From the IMG/VR virus record IMGVR_UViG_3300045988_180880, positions 1 to 64,000 of that record: a stretch of DNA of 64,000 bases; one strand, written 5' to 3'. Shown piece after piece: positions 53,120 to 61,627 of this stretch; positions within the stretch are counted from its first letter, which is position 1; every line of letters begins with the position of its first letter. The notes below the pieces were generated by a model. That model was not told where the DNA came from. It saw only the letters and a list, made by a program, of their open reading frames with translations, and made no database searches. The position numbers were made by a program, and so were the translations under genes. The stretch is from a virus.

Positions 53120-53148
53120 TTTATTTTGCTCCTTTAATAGGATGAGAA

Positions 53149-53159
53149 TCTTATATGTG
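53149..53159 (+). promoter_or_regulatory. recurrent promoter-like motif TCTTATATGTG
   Basis: 36 nt upstream of ATG 53196. Confidence 0.5.
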
Positions 53160-53195
53160 AAAGAAAATATTTTTATTAATTAAAACAATAAAATT

Positions 53196-53927
53196 ATGTT
53201 AGAATTTAAACCAGAAAAAGAATTAACAACATTAGACAAGTACAAAAAGTTATATGGTTTCTATGAGGGAAATCTAAATTATGTCCCTAGAGGGGGAGAT
53301 CTAACAAAACATATTGGATCTTCTTTAGCATTAATTGATTATTCTAGAGATGAAACTGGAAGATGGGACTATTCTCTTAAAGAAGTAAAAGTTGAGGATA
53401 TAACTGATTATGATCCTATGACTACAACTTCGATTATTAAATATAAAATAATTGGAGAAGAGGAAGTCAAAGAAGCTAGAATTATTCCGGAAGGTTTTAG
53501 TTTTGAAAGTCCAGAAGAAACGGGTAAATCATTAAGATTTCTTCCGTTATCAATGCATTTTAAAGTTCAGGAAGAGAAAGCTTTTTATGATAGACTTTTA
53601 GCGAAGTTTGATAATGCTAAAACACTATCCATTGAAGCTCTTGAAAATCTATCAAACTCTAAAGAACAACCAGAACTTCTAGGACGTAATTATAATATTG
53701 CAGCAGTAATTAAAACTGATGAAGAGACTCCAGAAATTCTATACTTTAGAATTGATAAACTAAAATTAAAACACAATAAACAAGATAATTATGCGATTAC
53801 TTTAACTAACGAAGATAAAGATAAAACATATACATTCTTGATTGATTCTAAAGCAGAGTCTTATGAATTCTCTTATGGAAAAGAAAAAATAGGAGATCTT
53901 AAAATCTTAGATCTCCAAAAATTATAA
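53196..53927 (+). CDS. hypothetical protein
   Basis: 243-aa ORF. Confidence 0.6.
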   Translation: MLEFKPEKELTTLDKYKKLYGFYEGNLNYVPRGGDLTKHIGSSLALIDYSRDETGRWDYSLKEVKVEDITDYDPMTTTSIIKYKIIGEEEVKEARIIPEGFSFESPEETGKSLRFLPLSMHFKVQEEKAFYDRLLAKFDNAKTLSIEALENLSNSKEQPELLGRNYNIAAVIKTDEETPEILYFRIDKLKLKHNKQDNYAITLTNEDKDKTYTFLIDSKAESYEFSYGKEKIGDLKILDLQKL

Positions 53928-53981
53928 AAAAAAAATAAACCCAGGCCCTATTATATAAAATAAGGCTTGGGATTTTTATTT

Positions 53982-54569
53982 CTACACAAATAATGCTGGT
54001 TTACATCTACTTCTCCAGTCTAGAAGATAACCAGGCTCAATCTCTTCTAAAAGTGTTGAAGTTTCTTTTAATTGAATAATACAATCTAGACATAAATTTA
54101 TACCAGAATTTTTGCTTCCAAAGGCAAGATATTCTTTTTTCTCTTTTTCTAGCTGATTATATTCAAATCTAGAGCATAAATCAGACCATGCTCCTTCTTC
54201 ATACATATTTTTTCCACAAATTGCACACTCACACTGTCCTAAACCAGCAATAGGAAAAAGTTGTTCAGGATCAGTAAAAGAATGAAATAAATGTCTCATA
54301 AATCTTCTATACTGTTCTGTACGATAAGCCTCCACAAGTAATCCAATCTCTCCAAGATCTGGTTGAAGAGATCCTTGTGGATTTTTATTTTTTCTATAAG
54401 CTATAATTCTCTCTGGAAGTTGTCGATCTAAGAGTGGTCTGGGGAAAAGGTATAAATAAATTAAATTTTTCTCTTCCACGCTTAGTGTCTGATTTACCCT
54501 TAAAGAATTAATAACTTCATGTGCATCACAATCTTTTAGTTTGTCAATGTAAAATTTTAAAGAATTCAT
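53982..54569 (-). CDS. hypothetical protein with a CxxC...CxxC zinc-ribbon-like pair
   Basis: CECAICGK ... CLDCIIQ. Confidence 0.6.
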   Translation of the reverse strand: MNSLKFYIDKLKDCDAHEVINSLRVNQTLSVEEKNLIYLYLFPRPLLDRQLPERIIAYRKNKNPQGSLQPDLGEIGLLVEAYRTEQYRRFMRHLFHSFTDPEQLFPIAGLGQCECAICGKNMYEEGAWSDLCSRFEYNQLEKEKKEYLAFGSKNSGINLCLDCIIQLKETSTLLEEIEPGYLLDWRSRCKPALFV

Positions 54570-54598
54570 GGTTTTATTGTTTAATGTTAATGATAATA

Positions 54599-54609
54599 CA
54601 TTAATAAGA
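54599..54609 (-). promoter_or_regulatory. recurrent promoter-like motif (minus strand TCTTATTAATG)
   Basis: 29 nt upstream of ATG 54569. Confidence 0.5.
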
Positions 54610-54628
54610 GTTTGTGGGGAACAAAAAA

Positions 54629-54657
54629 GAGAACTTAAGATCTTCTCCTAAGTTCTC
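54629..54657 (-). terminator. hairpin terminator
   Basis: GAGAACTTAAGA-TCTTC-TCCTAAGTTCTC (11 of 12 bp). Confidence 0.6.
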
Positions 54658-54685
54658 CCAACAAAACCATTTTCTTTATATTAAA

Positions 54686-54889
54686 CTACCCAAGAAAGTA
54701 TTCAGATTTTTCATAATCCTCTTTTATTTTAGGCTGTGGTGTAGTTTCTTCCAAAATCGTACTCGTAAAGATGACTTTATCTCTCTTCTTTTCACGATAT
54801 TCATCTTTATGGTGTACGTGTTGTTCACTTACAATGTCTTCTCTAACAAAGTAGTTTTCATTCTTTTCCATGTCTTTTAAGTTTTTCAT
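54686..54889 (-). CDS. small charged hypothetical protein
   Basis: 67-aa ORF bracketed by a promoter motif (20 nt upstream) and a terminator on its own strand. Preferred over the antisense ORF 54614..54880. Confidence 0.55.
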   Translation of the reverse strand: MKNLKDMEKNENYFVREDIVSEQHVHHKDEYREKKRDKVIFTSTILEETTPQPKIKEDYEKSEYFLG

Positions 54890-54906
54890 TTTTGTTTAAT
54901 TTTATT

Positions 54907-55233
54907 TTACATATATAAGGAAATTGGGGATTCTGAAAATACCTTAATTTCTAGTATTCTTTTAAATCCACTCTTCGGACATGGAAGTCTTGATTCTAGA
55001 ATATCAAAACTTTCCCTAAATCTAGTTCCATAAAATTCTTCAGGACTTGGATCAGGATACACCAAGAAATCTCCGGTTGGATAATATCCTTGATTTTCTC
55101 TTATGTCTAAAAGAAGAGGATTTACTTGATTTAATTCATCTAAAGATATCTCAGTAATTGATATATTTTCCTCACCTTCATCACAATCTACTTCCACAAT
55201 AAATGTATAATTGTTATTCTTCTCCAAAATCAT
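54907..55233 (-). CDS. acidic hypothetical protein
   Basis: 108-aa ORF overlapping the 3' end of kptA by 20 nt. Confidence 0.55.
   Translation of the reverse strand: MILEKNNNYTFIVEVDCDEGEENISITEISLDELNQVNPLLLDIRENQGYYPTGDFLVYPDPSPEEFYGTRFRESFDILESRLPCPKSGFKRILEIKVFSESPISLYM
54910..54920 (-). promoter_or_regulatory. recurrent promoter-like motif (minus strand CCTTATATATG)
   Basis: 20 nt upstream of ATG 54889. Overlaps the 3' end of 54907..55233. Confidence 0.55.
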
Positions 55234-55747
55234 AGTCTACTCTGATTATATGTTCTGGACTAACTTTTTTCACTAGAATAACTCCATTTCCAGATATAAA
55301 CACTTCATCTTCTAATCCTTCTAAGTCTACTCTAAGTATTGCTATCTCAGGACCTCTTCGAAGAGCTACATTTCTTGCTGTCAAAGGATCTGAACTTAGA
55401 TGTACATACTCTCTACTCCCTGGAATTAATCCATCTTTAAATATACTTTCCAGAAACTTTCTTTGTGTTCCGTGGTAGACAATATTGCACCCTGTGTACT
55501 TCTTAAAATCAGCATTAATCCCTTTAACACTGTGACCTTGAAGTGCACGAATCTTTCTTAAGTCGGCCGATAATTCATAGCGCTTTTTATTATCAGTATC
55601 TACTATTTCTTTTAGTTCAGACATAGTCCAGCCATGATCAATTAACTTCTTTGTTTCTAACCAACCTTCTGAATCAAGCGCTCCTTCTACTTCGGCCGGA
55701 TTATGTCTTAGAATATATGCTAACTCTTTTCCTCTATTCTTCTTCAT
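55214..55747 (-). CDS. kptA: RNA 2'-phosphotransferase (Tpt1/KptA family)
   Basis: LAYILRHNPAEVEGALDSEGWLETKKLI, IRALQGHSV, VYHGT, REYVHLS. Confidence 0.85.
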   Translation of the reverse strand: MKKNRGKELAYILRHNPAEVEGALDSEGWLETKKLIDHGWTMSELKEIVDTDNKKRYELSADLRKIRALQGHSVKGINADFKKYTGCNIVYHGTQRKFLESIFKDGLIPGSREYVHLSSDPLTARNVALRRGPEIAILRVDLEGLEDEVFISGNGVILVKKVSPEHIIRVDYDFGEE

Positions 55748-56300
55748 ATAATCTTCCTATTTTTATAAATTCTCCTATTAAATTTACAGCTTCAGTTATA
55801 GAGTTTCCGTCATCATATGTTGATGTTGATATTAAAATCTGTTCAGTATACTCAAGATATCCAATATTATTTATCACTCTATTCCGAATAAACCGGAAAT
55901 TTATTTCACATTTATCTAGAATTGAATTTATGTAGTTACTTTCTGGATTAATTTTAATAAGATCTTCTAAAAACCTCATAAATCTACGTTGCGTTCTACT
56001 AGTAAATTTCATTATTTTATCCAAAGGTTCTAAGTAATCTCGAAAAAGTTTTTCTAAGAAGTAGAATGAAAGCTCATCTATCTTCAGAAAATTTCCATTA
56101 CCAGTATAATATTCTACTAAATAGTTAGAGCTATCACTGAGATCTAAGCAAACTTTGAAAGGTTCCATGAGATTTACAAAAGATTCATCCTCCTGAAGAA
56201 GTTTTCTGTGAAAATACGTATCTATATCTCTACATAAACTCAGATATTCTTTATATGTTTCTTTACATATTCTTCTTAGTCTATTCACATGATCTTCCAT
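55734..56300 (-). CDS. hypothetical protein
   Basis: 188-aa ORF overlapping both enzyme genes. Confidence 0.55.
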   Translation of the reverse strand: MEDHVNRLRRICKETYKEYLSLCRDIDTYFHRKLLQEDESFVNLMEPFKVCLDLSDSSNYLVEYYTGNGNFLKIDELSFYFLEKLFRDYLEPLDKIMKFTSRTQRRFMRFLEDLIKINPESNYINSILDKCEINFRFIRNRVINNIGYLEYTEQILISTSTYDDGNSITEAVNLIGEFIKIGRLYEEE

Positions 56301-56820
56301 ACCACCAGATTAAAAATTTTCTTAACTTTTCATCTTTCCAATTAGGTGTAAAACAATTAACAATTCTCCTTCTTATTTCTGTTCCAGAATAAGTTACATG
56401 CACATCATCTTTTTGATCAGGATAAATTTTTATATTATAGAATCCTCCATTTTCTTTATATCTCTCAGCTACAGAATCTCTAGAACCACATATATAAATT
56501 TCAGAATCTTGTGGTATTTCCTCAAGACTTTTTAAATAATTAATTCTATGATCTAGCGTTTCAACCCATTTAGGATAATTACCTAGATCACTAATTTTAA
56601 ATATTTTCATCTTTGGATAGGACTCAAGTACCATTTCTTTCCTTGCTTCAAAAGGGAGAGGATCATGTGCAGTTCTTTCTGAGTTTTTTGTTTCTCCTAT
56701 AAAAATAACTACATTATTATTTCCAAAATCTCCTCTAACTTTATCTAATAAATAGTTATGTCCTCTTGTTAGATTATCTACTTGAAATCTACCAACAATT
56801 ACTCCAATCTTAGTGCTCAT
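56281..56820 (-). CDS. nicotinamide/nicotinate mononucleotide adenylyltransferase (cytidylyltransferase fold)
   Basis: GVIVGRFQVDNLTRGHNYLL (GRFQPxHxGH) and YSGTEIRRRI (ISxTxIR). Confidence 0.8.
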   Translation of the reverse strand: MSTKIGVIVGRFQVDNLTRGHNYLLDKVRGDFGNNNVVIFIGETKNSERTAHDPLPFEARKEMVLESYPKMKIFKISDLGNYPKWVETLDHRINYLKSLEEIPQDSEIYICGSRDSVAERYKENGGFYNIKIYPDQKDDVHVTYSGTEIRRRIVNCFTPNWKDEKLRKFLIWWYGRSCE

Positions 56821-57572
56821 TTCTTTTTTCTTTTATTATATGTTCTTTTTAATACATTTGTTTTAAGATATTCTTCACAACCTGTAAAAATTCTTCCTAA
56901 TTCTGCTTTATTATCATAAGGCATAACAAATTTCCTATTCACTAAAGCAGTCGGAACCTGGTGAAGAGTATACAGAGCAGTTCCTTTAAAGAATCTAGAT
57001 CTTTCAAGTTGATATCCTACGAACCCTTTAGCCTCTCCTGATGTAGTAATTGATAAGACAAATGATATCTCTCCAACTACTTTAAAAACAATACAATAGT
57101 GAAGTATAGGTCCAATAGGAAGAAATGCTACATCACCTCTTTCAATAGTTTCAGGTCTAAGTCTTTCTATATACATCGGAAGATATTTCTCCCTAAGATC
57201 GGCTGGAATTTTCTCTTCTAACTCCTTTGATCTAGTTACTATCTCTTCTTCCCTTTGTGATATAGATTTTTCTTCAGAGTCTCCAGCCGTAAGTGAGGGA
57301 GTTATAAACTTCCGCTTAATATCTAAAATTTTTTCAATGCAATCCCTATCTTCAGGCTTTTTATACCAAATTTTAATCAAATCCATAACTTTATTACATC
57401 TAGTTCTTGTTGCCTCTGGACTAACTACTCCTGGACCAACCATGAGAAATCTAATCATCTCATCCAAACCTTCAGTAATTGTCTTCTTAATACTATTTTT
57501 GATACTCTTATAGTTATTTATTGATTTTCTAATATCACCTAATTCTGTAACAGCTTCTTTAATAGTTTCCAT
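56817..57572 (-). CDS. hypothetical protein (C-terminal half weakly resembles a MazF/PemK-type barrel)
   Basis: ERGDVAFLPIGP...FVLSITTS is reminiscent of kGDIywvdl...vvPiTs. Low support. Confidence 0.55.
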   Translation of the reverse strand: METIKEAVTELGDIRKSINNYKSIKNSIKKTITEGLDEMIRFLMVGPGVVSPEATRTRCNKVMDLIKIWYKKPEDRDCIEKILDIKRKFITPSLTAGDSEEKSISQREEEIVTRSKELEEKIPADLREKYLPMYIERLRPETIERGDVAFLPIGPILHYCIVFKVVGEISFVLSITTSGEAKGFVGYQLERSRFFKGTALYTLHQVPTALVNRKFVMPYDNKAELGRIFTGCEEYLKTNVLKRTYNKRKKK

Positions 57573-57576
57573 AGAG

Positions 57577-58917
57577 TTAATTTTTCATTACTTTATCTAT
57601 TACTAATTGTTTTATATCATCTTCAGTTAAACCAAAATAATTACTAAGATTTTTAAGAATAAATACTCCTTTATAATGCTGAGTAAGATTAAGAATACTA
57701 TCTAGAGAGGTATCACTATAAATACTTTTATATTGTAAGATTCGTTTATATTCAACATTATCCTTTTCAAGTAATTTCTCTATATAGAATTCTTTTAATT
57801 TCGGATAATTTCCTAAGAAAAATTTAAGATCAATCTCAAGAATACTAAGATAATACCCATCTGTTACGTTTAAATCAACTAATGGTTTACTAGATAATGC
57901 AGAGAAATCTATAGAATCTACATGAGAAAGAGATTCAATAACATCCACAATTACATCTCTTGGGTTATAAGTATCATCTACACCTACCAAAAGTTGCTCA
58001 ATCTCTGTTCCTTTCATAGCAGTTTTCTTAATATCTAAAACTCCTCCAGTTATACCATCCCTTATATTATCTACATTTTCAAGATTTTCGGAGAAATATC
58101 CTTGAATAAAATCCTTTATATTATTATTTTTTCCTGATAATTTTTCTAAAATATTATTTCTCTTATTTATCGGAATACATAAATGTATTTCTCGATCTGA
58201 TTCAATATCTAACCAATATGAATCAAAGAAATTTAAAAATATACTTGATACCTTTTCACGTCCTCCACTATAACTGAACTGTTTGAGCGAAAAAGGTTCA
58301 ATATAACTTCCTAGATAAAGAACTAATTCCATCGGAGATAATGCATATACATATCCAGGTTTCCATTTTGTCGTTTTAGGTTTTGTTGCAATCAATTTCC
58401 CAATCTCCGTAGAATATATAAATGATTTATTTGTTGAATCTTCCTTTACTAATTTTAAACTAGGAAAACATCCAATACCTAAAGAGAAAGTTCCATGTAG
58501 ATTTCCATCAGAAACATATCTAGTATCTTGAAGAATCTTAAAAAATCCTTCAATAGCTACATAAATATAAACGTTTCGCCCTGGGAGTTTTGAATCTAAT
58601 TCATCATTTTGAATCCTTACAGCTACTCTAGGTCCACCCTCTCCATATTTAACATTATACCTTTCATATGAAGAGAAAAGTGAATTCTCTGCTAAAGATA
58701 TATGAAATCCAGAGTTAAGTACAACAACCTCAGAAATATCTTTCTCTTCCACTGTTTTGTTACCATTCAAATTGAAATTAGCTGACTTAACACTATTATA
58801 TACTTTCTTACGTGATGGTTTTGTTAAGTCCTTTTTATTTACAACTTCTGGAAACAAATCTGTTCCATGGTCAAAATAAACTAATGTTATTTCATACGGA
58901 ATATTCAAATTTTTCAT
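57577..58917 (-). CDS. hypothetical protein
   Basis: 446-aa ORF, first gene of the operon. Promoter motif 19 nt upstream. Confidence 0.65.
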   Translation of the reverse strand: MKNLNIPYEITLVYFDHGTDLFPEVVNKKDLTKPSRKKVYNSVKSANFNLNGNKTVEEKDISEVVVLNSGFHISLAENSLFSSYERYNVKYGEGGPRVAVRIQNDELDSKLPGRNVYIYVAIEGFFKILQDTRYVSDGNLHGTFSLGIGCFPSLKLVKEDSTNKSFIYSTEIGKLIATKPKTTKWKPGYVYALSPMELVLYLGSYIEPFSLKQFSYSGGREKVSSIFLNFFDSYWLDIESDREIHLCIPINKRNNILEKLSGKNNNIKDFIQGYFSENLENVDNIRDGITGGVLDIKKTAMKGTEIEQLLVGVDDTYNPRDVIVDVIESLSHVDSIDFSALSSKPLVDLNVTDGYYLSILEIDLKFFLGNYPKLKEFYIEKLLEKDNVEYKRILQYKSIYSDTSLDSILNLTQHYKGVFILKNLSNYFGLTEDDIKQLVIDKVMKN

Positions 58918-58936
58918 ATTTTTTTATTTTATTTTA

Positions 58937-58947
58937 CATTTATAAGG
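58937..58947 (-). promoter_or_regulatory. recurrent promoter-like motif (minus strand CCTTATAAATG)
   Basis: 19 nt upstream of ATG 58917. Confidence 0.5.
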
Positions 58948-58993
58948 GACTTAAAGCTTTATTTATGTAATAAAATTTTAATAAAGAATAATA

Positions 58994-59380
58994 ATGAAAA
59001 AGAAAATTTATTTTATTTCAGGACATAGAGATATTACTGAAAAAGAATTTAAAGAATGGTATGTTCCTCGTCTTGTAGAAGCAGCGGCCGAAGATTCAGA
59101 ATTCGTAGTAGCTGAATGTATCGGAGTTGATAGATTAGCTCAAGATTGGTTAAGAGATAATCTTAAGAATCATTCAAGAGTTACAGTTTATCATATGCTT
59201 GAAAAACCTAGATATTTAGCTTCTATGTTATTTAAAACGGCCGGAGGTTATCAAGACGATGTTCAAAGAGATTCAGCAATGACAACTATATCAACAGAAG
59301 ATATCGCATTTATTCGAAAAGGTAGATGGACTTCTGGAACCGCACAAAATATATTAAGACGTTATGAAAAAACTAATTAA
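58994..59380 (+). CDS. hypothetical protein (weakly resembles SLOG/DUF2493)
   Basis: IYFISGHRD...EFVVAECIGVDRLAQDWL resembles vlvtGgRd...vvhGga.GaD.lA..wA. Confidence 0.55.
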   Translation: MKKKIYFISGHRDITEKEFKEWYVPRLVEAAAEDSEFVVAECIGVDRLAQDWLRDNLKNHSRVTVYHMLEKPRYLASMLFKTAGGYQDDVQRDSAMTTISTEDIAFIRKGRWTSGTAQNILRRYEKTN

Positions 59381-59642
59381 TTGCTTCTTTAAGGGTATAT
59401 TTGCAACTGTTATGATTGCAATAACTGGGCAACTTTACTGGAATTTTTATATAGTAGAGAAGTTTGGAATAGGAAAAGTAGTAGAAGATAGTTCTGTATT
59501 TATAATTGGAGCAGCTGTATTATACTCTATCTTTGCTCTCTTAACAGGAAGAAAAGATGAAGAAGTATATGAAAAATTTGATTGGATAGAATTAATATGT
59601 CTATTTATAGGAAATATATTTTTAATATATCTATTCAAATAA
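59364..59642 (+). CDS. multi-helix small membrane protein
   Basis: Three hydrophobic segments in 92 aa. Confidence 0.55.
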   Translation: MKKLINCFFKGIFATVMIAITGQLYWNFYIVEKFGIGKVVEDSSVFIIGAAVLYSIFALLTGRKDEEVYEKFDWIELICLFIGNIFLIYLFK

Positions 59643-59690
59643 AATAATCAAAGAGGGAGGAGACAACTTCCTCTTTTTATTCCTTAAAAG

Positions 59691-59701
59691 CCTTATTAAT
59701 G
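59691..59701 (+). promoter_or_regulatory. recurrent promoter-like motif CCTTATTAATG
   Basis: 44 nt upstream of ATG 59746 and directly after a terminator hairpin. Confidence 0.55.
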
Positions 59702-59745
59702 ATGAGATAATAAAATATTAATGAAAAACAATAAACAAAAGTATT

Positions 59746-60231
59746 ATGAATTCAAAACAATTTATAGCAATTACAACCGGAACGGCAATAGTATCTGGTA
59801 TAGTAGGAAAACTTATAGGTAATAAAACCTGTAAGGAAAAAATGAATTATTACAAAGAAACATCTATTAAGCTTTTTCACTCTTTAGAAATCAAAGAAGA
59901 GGAGCTTAATAGATTAAAACAAGCTAATAAAGATCAAACTGAGATTATCAGAGATCTCACAGCAAAAAATGAAGAATTAAAACAAACTTACGAGATCCAA
60001 ACTAAAACTATTAAGGATCTTGTAGAAGAAAACAAAAAACTCGAAAAGAAATTAAAGGTATCAATTTCAGTAAGAGGGAAATTATTGAATAAACTTAGTA
60101 GTCTTCACAGGTTAGTTAAAAACTTAGAACCTACAGGAGACTTAATGAAACAATATCAAGAATTTATCCTTACACTGAAAAGAGAACATGATGCCATAAA
60201 AGACGAGGAAATGATGAAGGAAGGAGTTTGA
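59746..60231 (+). CDS. membrane-anchored coiled-coil protein
   Basis: N-terminal helix FIAITTGTAIVSGIVGKLIG followed by heptad-like charged repeats. Confidence 0.6.
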   Translation: MNSKQFIAITTGTAIVSGIVGKLIGNKTCKEKMNYYKETSIKLFHSLEIKEEELNRLKQANKDQTEIIRDLTAKNEELKQTYEIQTKTIKDLVEENKKLEKKLKVSISVRGKLLNKLSSLHRLVKNLEPTGDLMKQYQEFILTLKREHDAIKDEEMMKEGV

Positions 60232-60265
60232 TCTCCTTTCTTTTTTTCTTCTCATCCTTTAAAAG

Positions 60266-60276
60266 CCTTATTAATG
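60266..60276 (+). promoter_or_regulatory. recurrent promoter-like motif CCTTATTAATG
   Basis: 26 nt upstream of ATG 60303. Confidence 0.55.
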
Positions 60277-60302
60277 TAATTAAAACTTAAAAGAAAAGAA
60301 AA

Positions 60303-60620
60303 ATGGAAAAGAATTATGAAAAACAAATATTTCCAGAAGAAGGAAATATCTTAGGGACAGTAAAATTTAAATTCCCGGGAGAAGGAGAATACAGTCTTGC
60401 TTTTAATGGCAGGAGTAGTGTTAAAATTCAAGACATAGTAAATAAAGTATGTCTAGGAAAGAGAATAAAAATAAAATTACAAAAACTCATTAAGAATAAA
60501 TTGATGAGTAGAGTAATAACTATAAAAGATACTTACGAAATGACAAATAACCTATTCGTAAGAGTATTTAATAGTGAAAAGCAATTTATCGGATTTATTC
60601 ATATTAAAAAAGAATTATAA
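60303..60620 (+). CDS. hypothetical protein
   Basis: 105-aa ORF. Confidence 0.55.
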   Translation: MEKNYEKQIFPEEGNILGTVKFKFPGEGEYSLAFNGRSSVKIQDIVNKVCLGKRIKIKLQKLIKNKLMSRVITIKDTYEMTNNLFVRVFNSEKQFIGFIHIKKEL

Positions 60621-60622
60621 TC

Positions 60623-60787
60623 ATGAAAAAGAATGAAAAAGTTTTAATTAAAGTATCTCCCAAGAATATATTTAAAGCAGGAATAGGGTTACTAGCTATT
60701 AATGAATACCGCAAGGGTGGATTTCAGGCAGGTCTATCTGTTTTAATTGGAGGAGCAATTTTAGGATGGTTATTTTTCGATGAATAA
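60623..60787 (+). CDS. small membrane protein (54 aa)
   Basis: GLSVLIGGAILGWLFF. Lies 2 nt after the upstream stop and is followed by a terminator. Below the ORF-track cut-off. Confidence 0.45.
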   Translation: MKKNEKVLIKVSPKNIFKAGIGLLAINEYRKGGFQAGLSVLIGGAILGWLFFDE

Positions 60788-60834
60788 AACCCATTAAGAA
60801 GGAGTGAGAAAGTTCATTCCTTCTTTCTTTATTT

Positions 60835-60845
60835 CCTTATAAGTG
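60835..60845 (+). promoter_or_regulatory. recurrent promoter-like motif CCTTATAAGTG
   Basis: 22 nt upstream of ATG 60868. Confidence 0.55.
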
Positions 60846-60867
60846 TATAAATAAAAAATAAATAATT

Positions 60868-61281
60868 ATGCTAGAATACTTAAAGAAAACATATAAAGAA
60901 AATCATGAACTTGGATATGAAAAAATCTATATTGCAGTAGATATTCACGGTACCATTCTTGAACCTTCATGGAATAAAACTGAGAACTTTACATACTTAG
61001 GATCCTCAAAAGAAGCACTTCAGGAATTATCAGCTAGAGAAGATACTGTATTAATAATATGGTCATCCAGTTATCCTGAAAAATTAGAAATGTACCAAGA
61101 GAAATTCAGGGAAGATGGAATAAATTTTAAATACCTCAATCAAAATCCAGAAGTAAGATCAGGAAGAATTTCTTGTTTTGAAACTAAACCTTACTATGAT
61201 ATTCTTTTAGATGATAAAGCTGGATTTGAATGGACTGAATGGAAAGATATATTAAATTGGTTAGAAAATGAAAGAAGGTGA
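60868..61281 (+). CDS. hypothetical protein, HAD-like fold with an atypical first motif
   Basis: IAVDIHGTIL in place of DxDGT, and LLDDKAG near the C-terminus. Confidence 0.55.
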   Translation: MLEYLKKTYKENHELGYEKIYIAVDIHGTILEPSWNKTENFTYLGSSKEALQELSAREDTVLIIWSSSYPEKLEMYQEKFREDGINFKYLNQNPEVRSGRISCFETKPYYDILLDDKAGFEWTEWKDILNWLENERR

Positions 61282-61627
61282 TATTGTAAAAATTAATCCA
61301 CAGAATAATGGATTTATAGATTGGGCTGAATTTCTAGAGATCATTAGAGATTTTGGAAAAAGAGACCCTGAAGAATATTACGTCGTCGATATTTTAGGGC
61401 CGATTTATTCAATTGTTCATTCTGCTCAAGATTCAGGATTTTCGGAGAAGACTATTAATACTTCTAGTCTTCGGCCCATCCCTATCGACGAAGAATTATT
61501 TATAAAATACTGTGCAGAAAGATGTACCATAAGAAAGAATTGTATAAAAGGATGTGCATTAATAAAATACTCACCTAAAAGCCTTATTAATGTAAACAAT
61601 AAAAATATAAACAATAATGAAGAGTGA
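61268..61627 (+). CDS. hypothetical protein
   Basis: 119-aa ORF. Its 3' end contains a promoter motif. Confidence 0.55.
   Translation: MKEGDIVKINPQNNGFIDWAEFLEIIRDFGKRDPEEYYVVDILGPIYSIVHSAQDSGFSEKTINTSSLRPIPIDEELFIKYCAERCTIRKNCIKGCALIKYSPKSLINVNNKNINNNEE
61582..61592 (+). promoter_or_regulatory. recurrent promoter-like motif CCTTATTAATG embedded in a coding sequence
   Basis: Lies inside the last 15 codons of 61268..61627 and 24 nt upstream of ATG 61617. Confidence 0.45.

Noticed and set aside
53711-53745. Further CUGAUGA words that could mark additional hammerheads. They occur at about 53713 and 29983 on the plus strand, and at about 17031, 38621, 39231 and 44981 on the minus strand.
   Set aside because: All lie inside well-supported coding regions. 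None is followed by a helix II hairpin plus GAAA at the required spacing, and none has a pairing helix III partner with a cleavage triplet.
54614-54880. A plus-strand 88-aa ORF in the 54.6-54.9 kb gap.
   Set aside because: The minus-strand ORF 54686..54889 in the same place has a promoter motif 20 nt upstream and a hairpin terminator downstream on its own strand. The plus-strand product is low-complexity and has no such signals.
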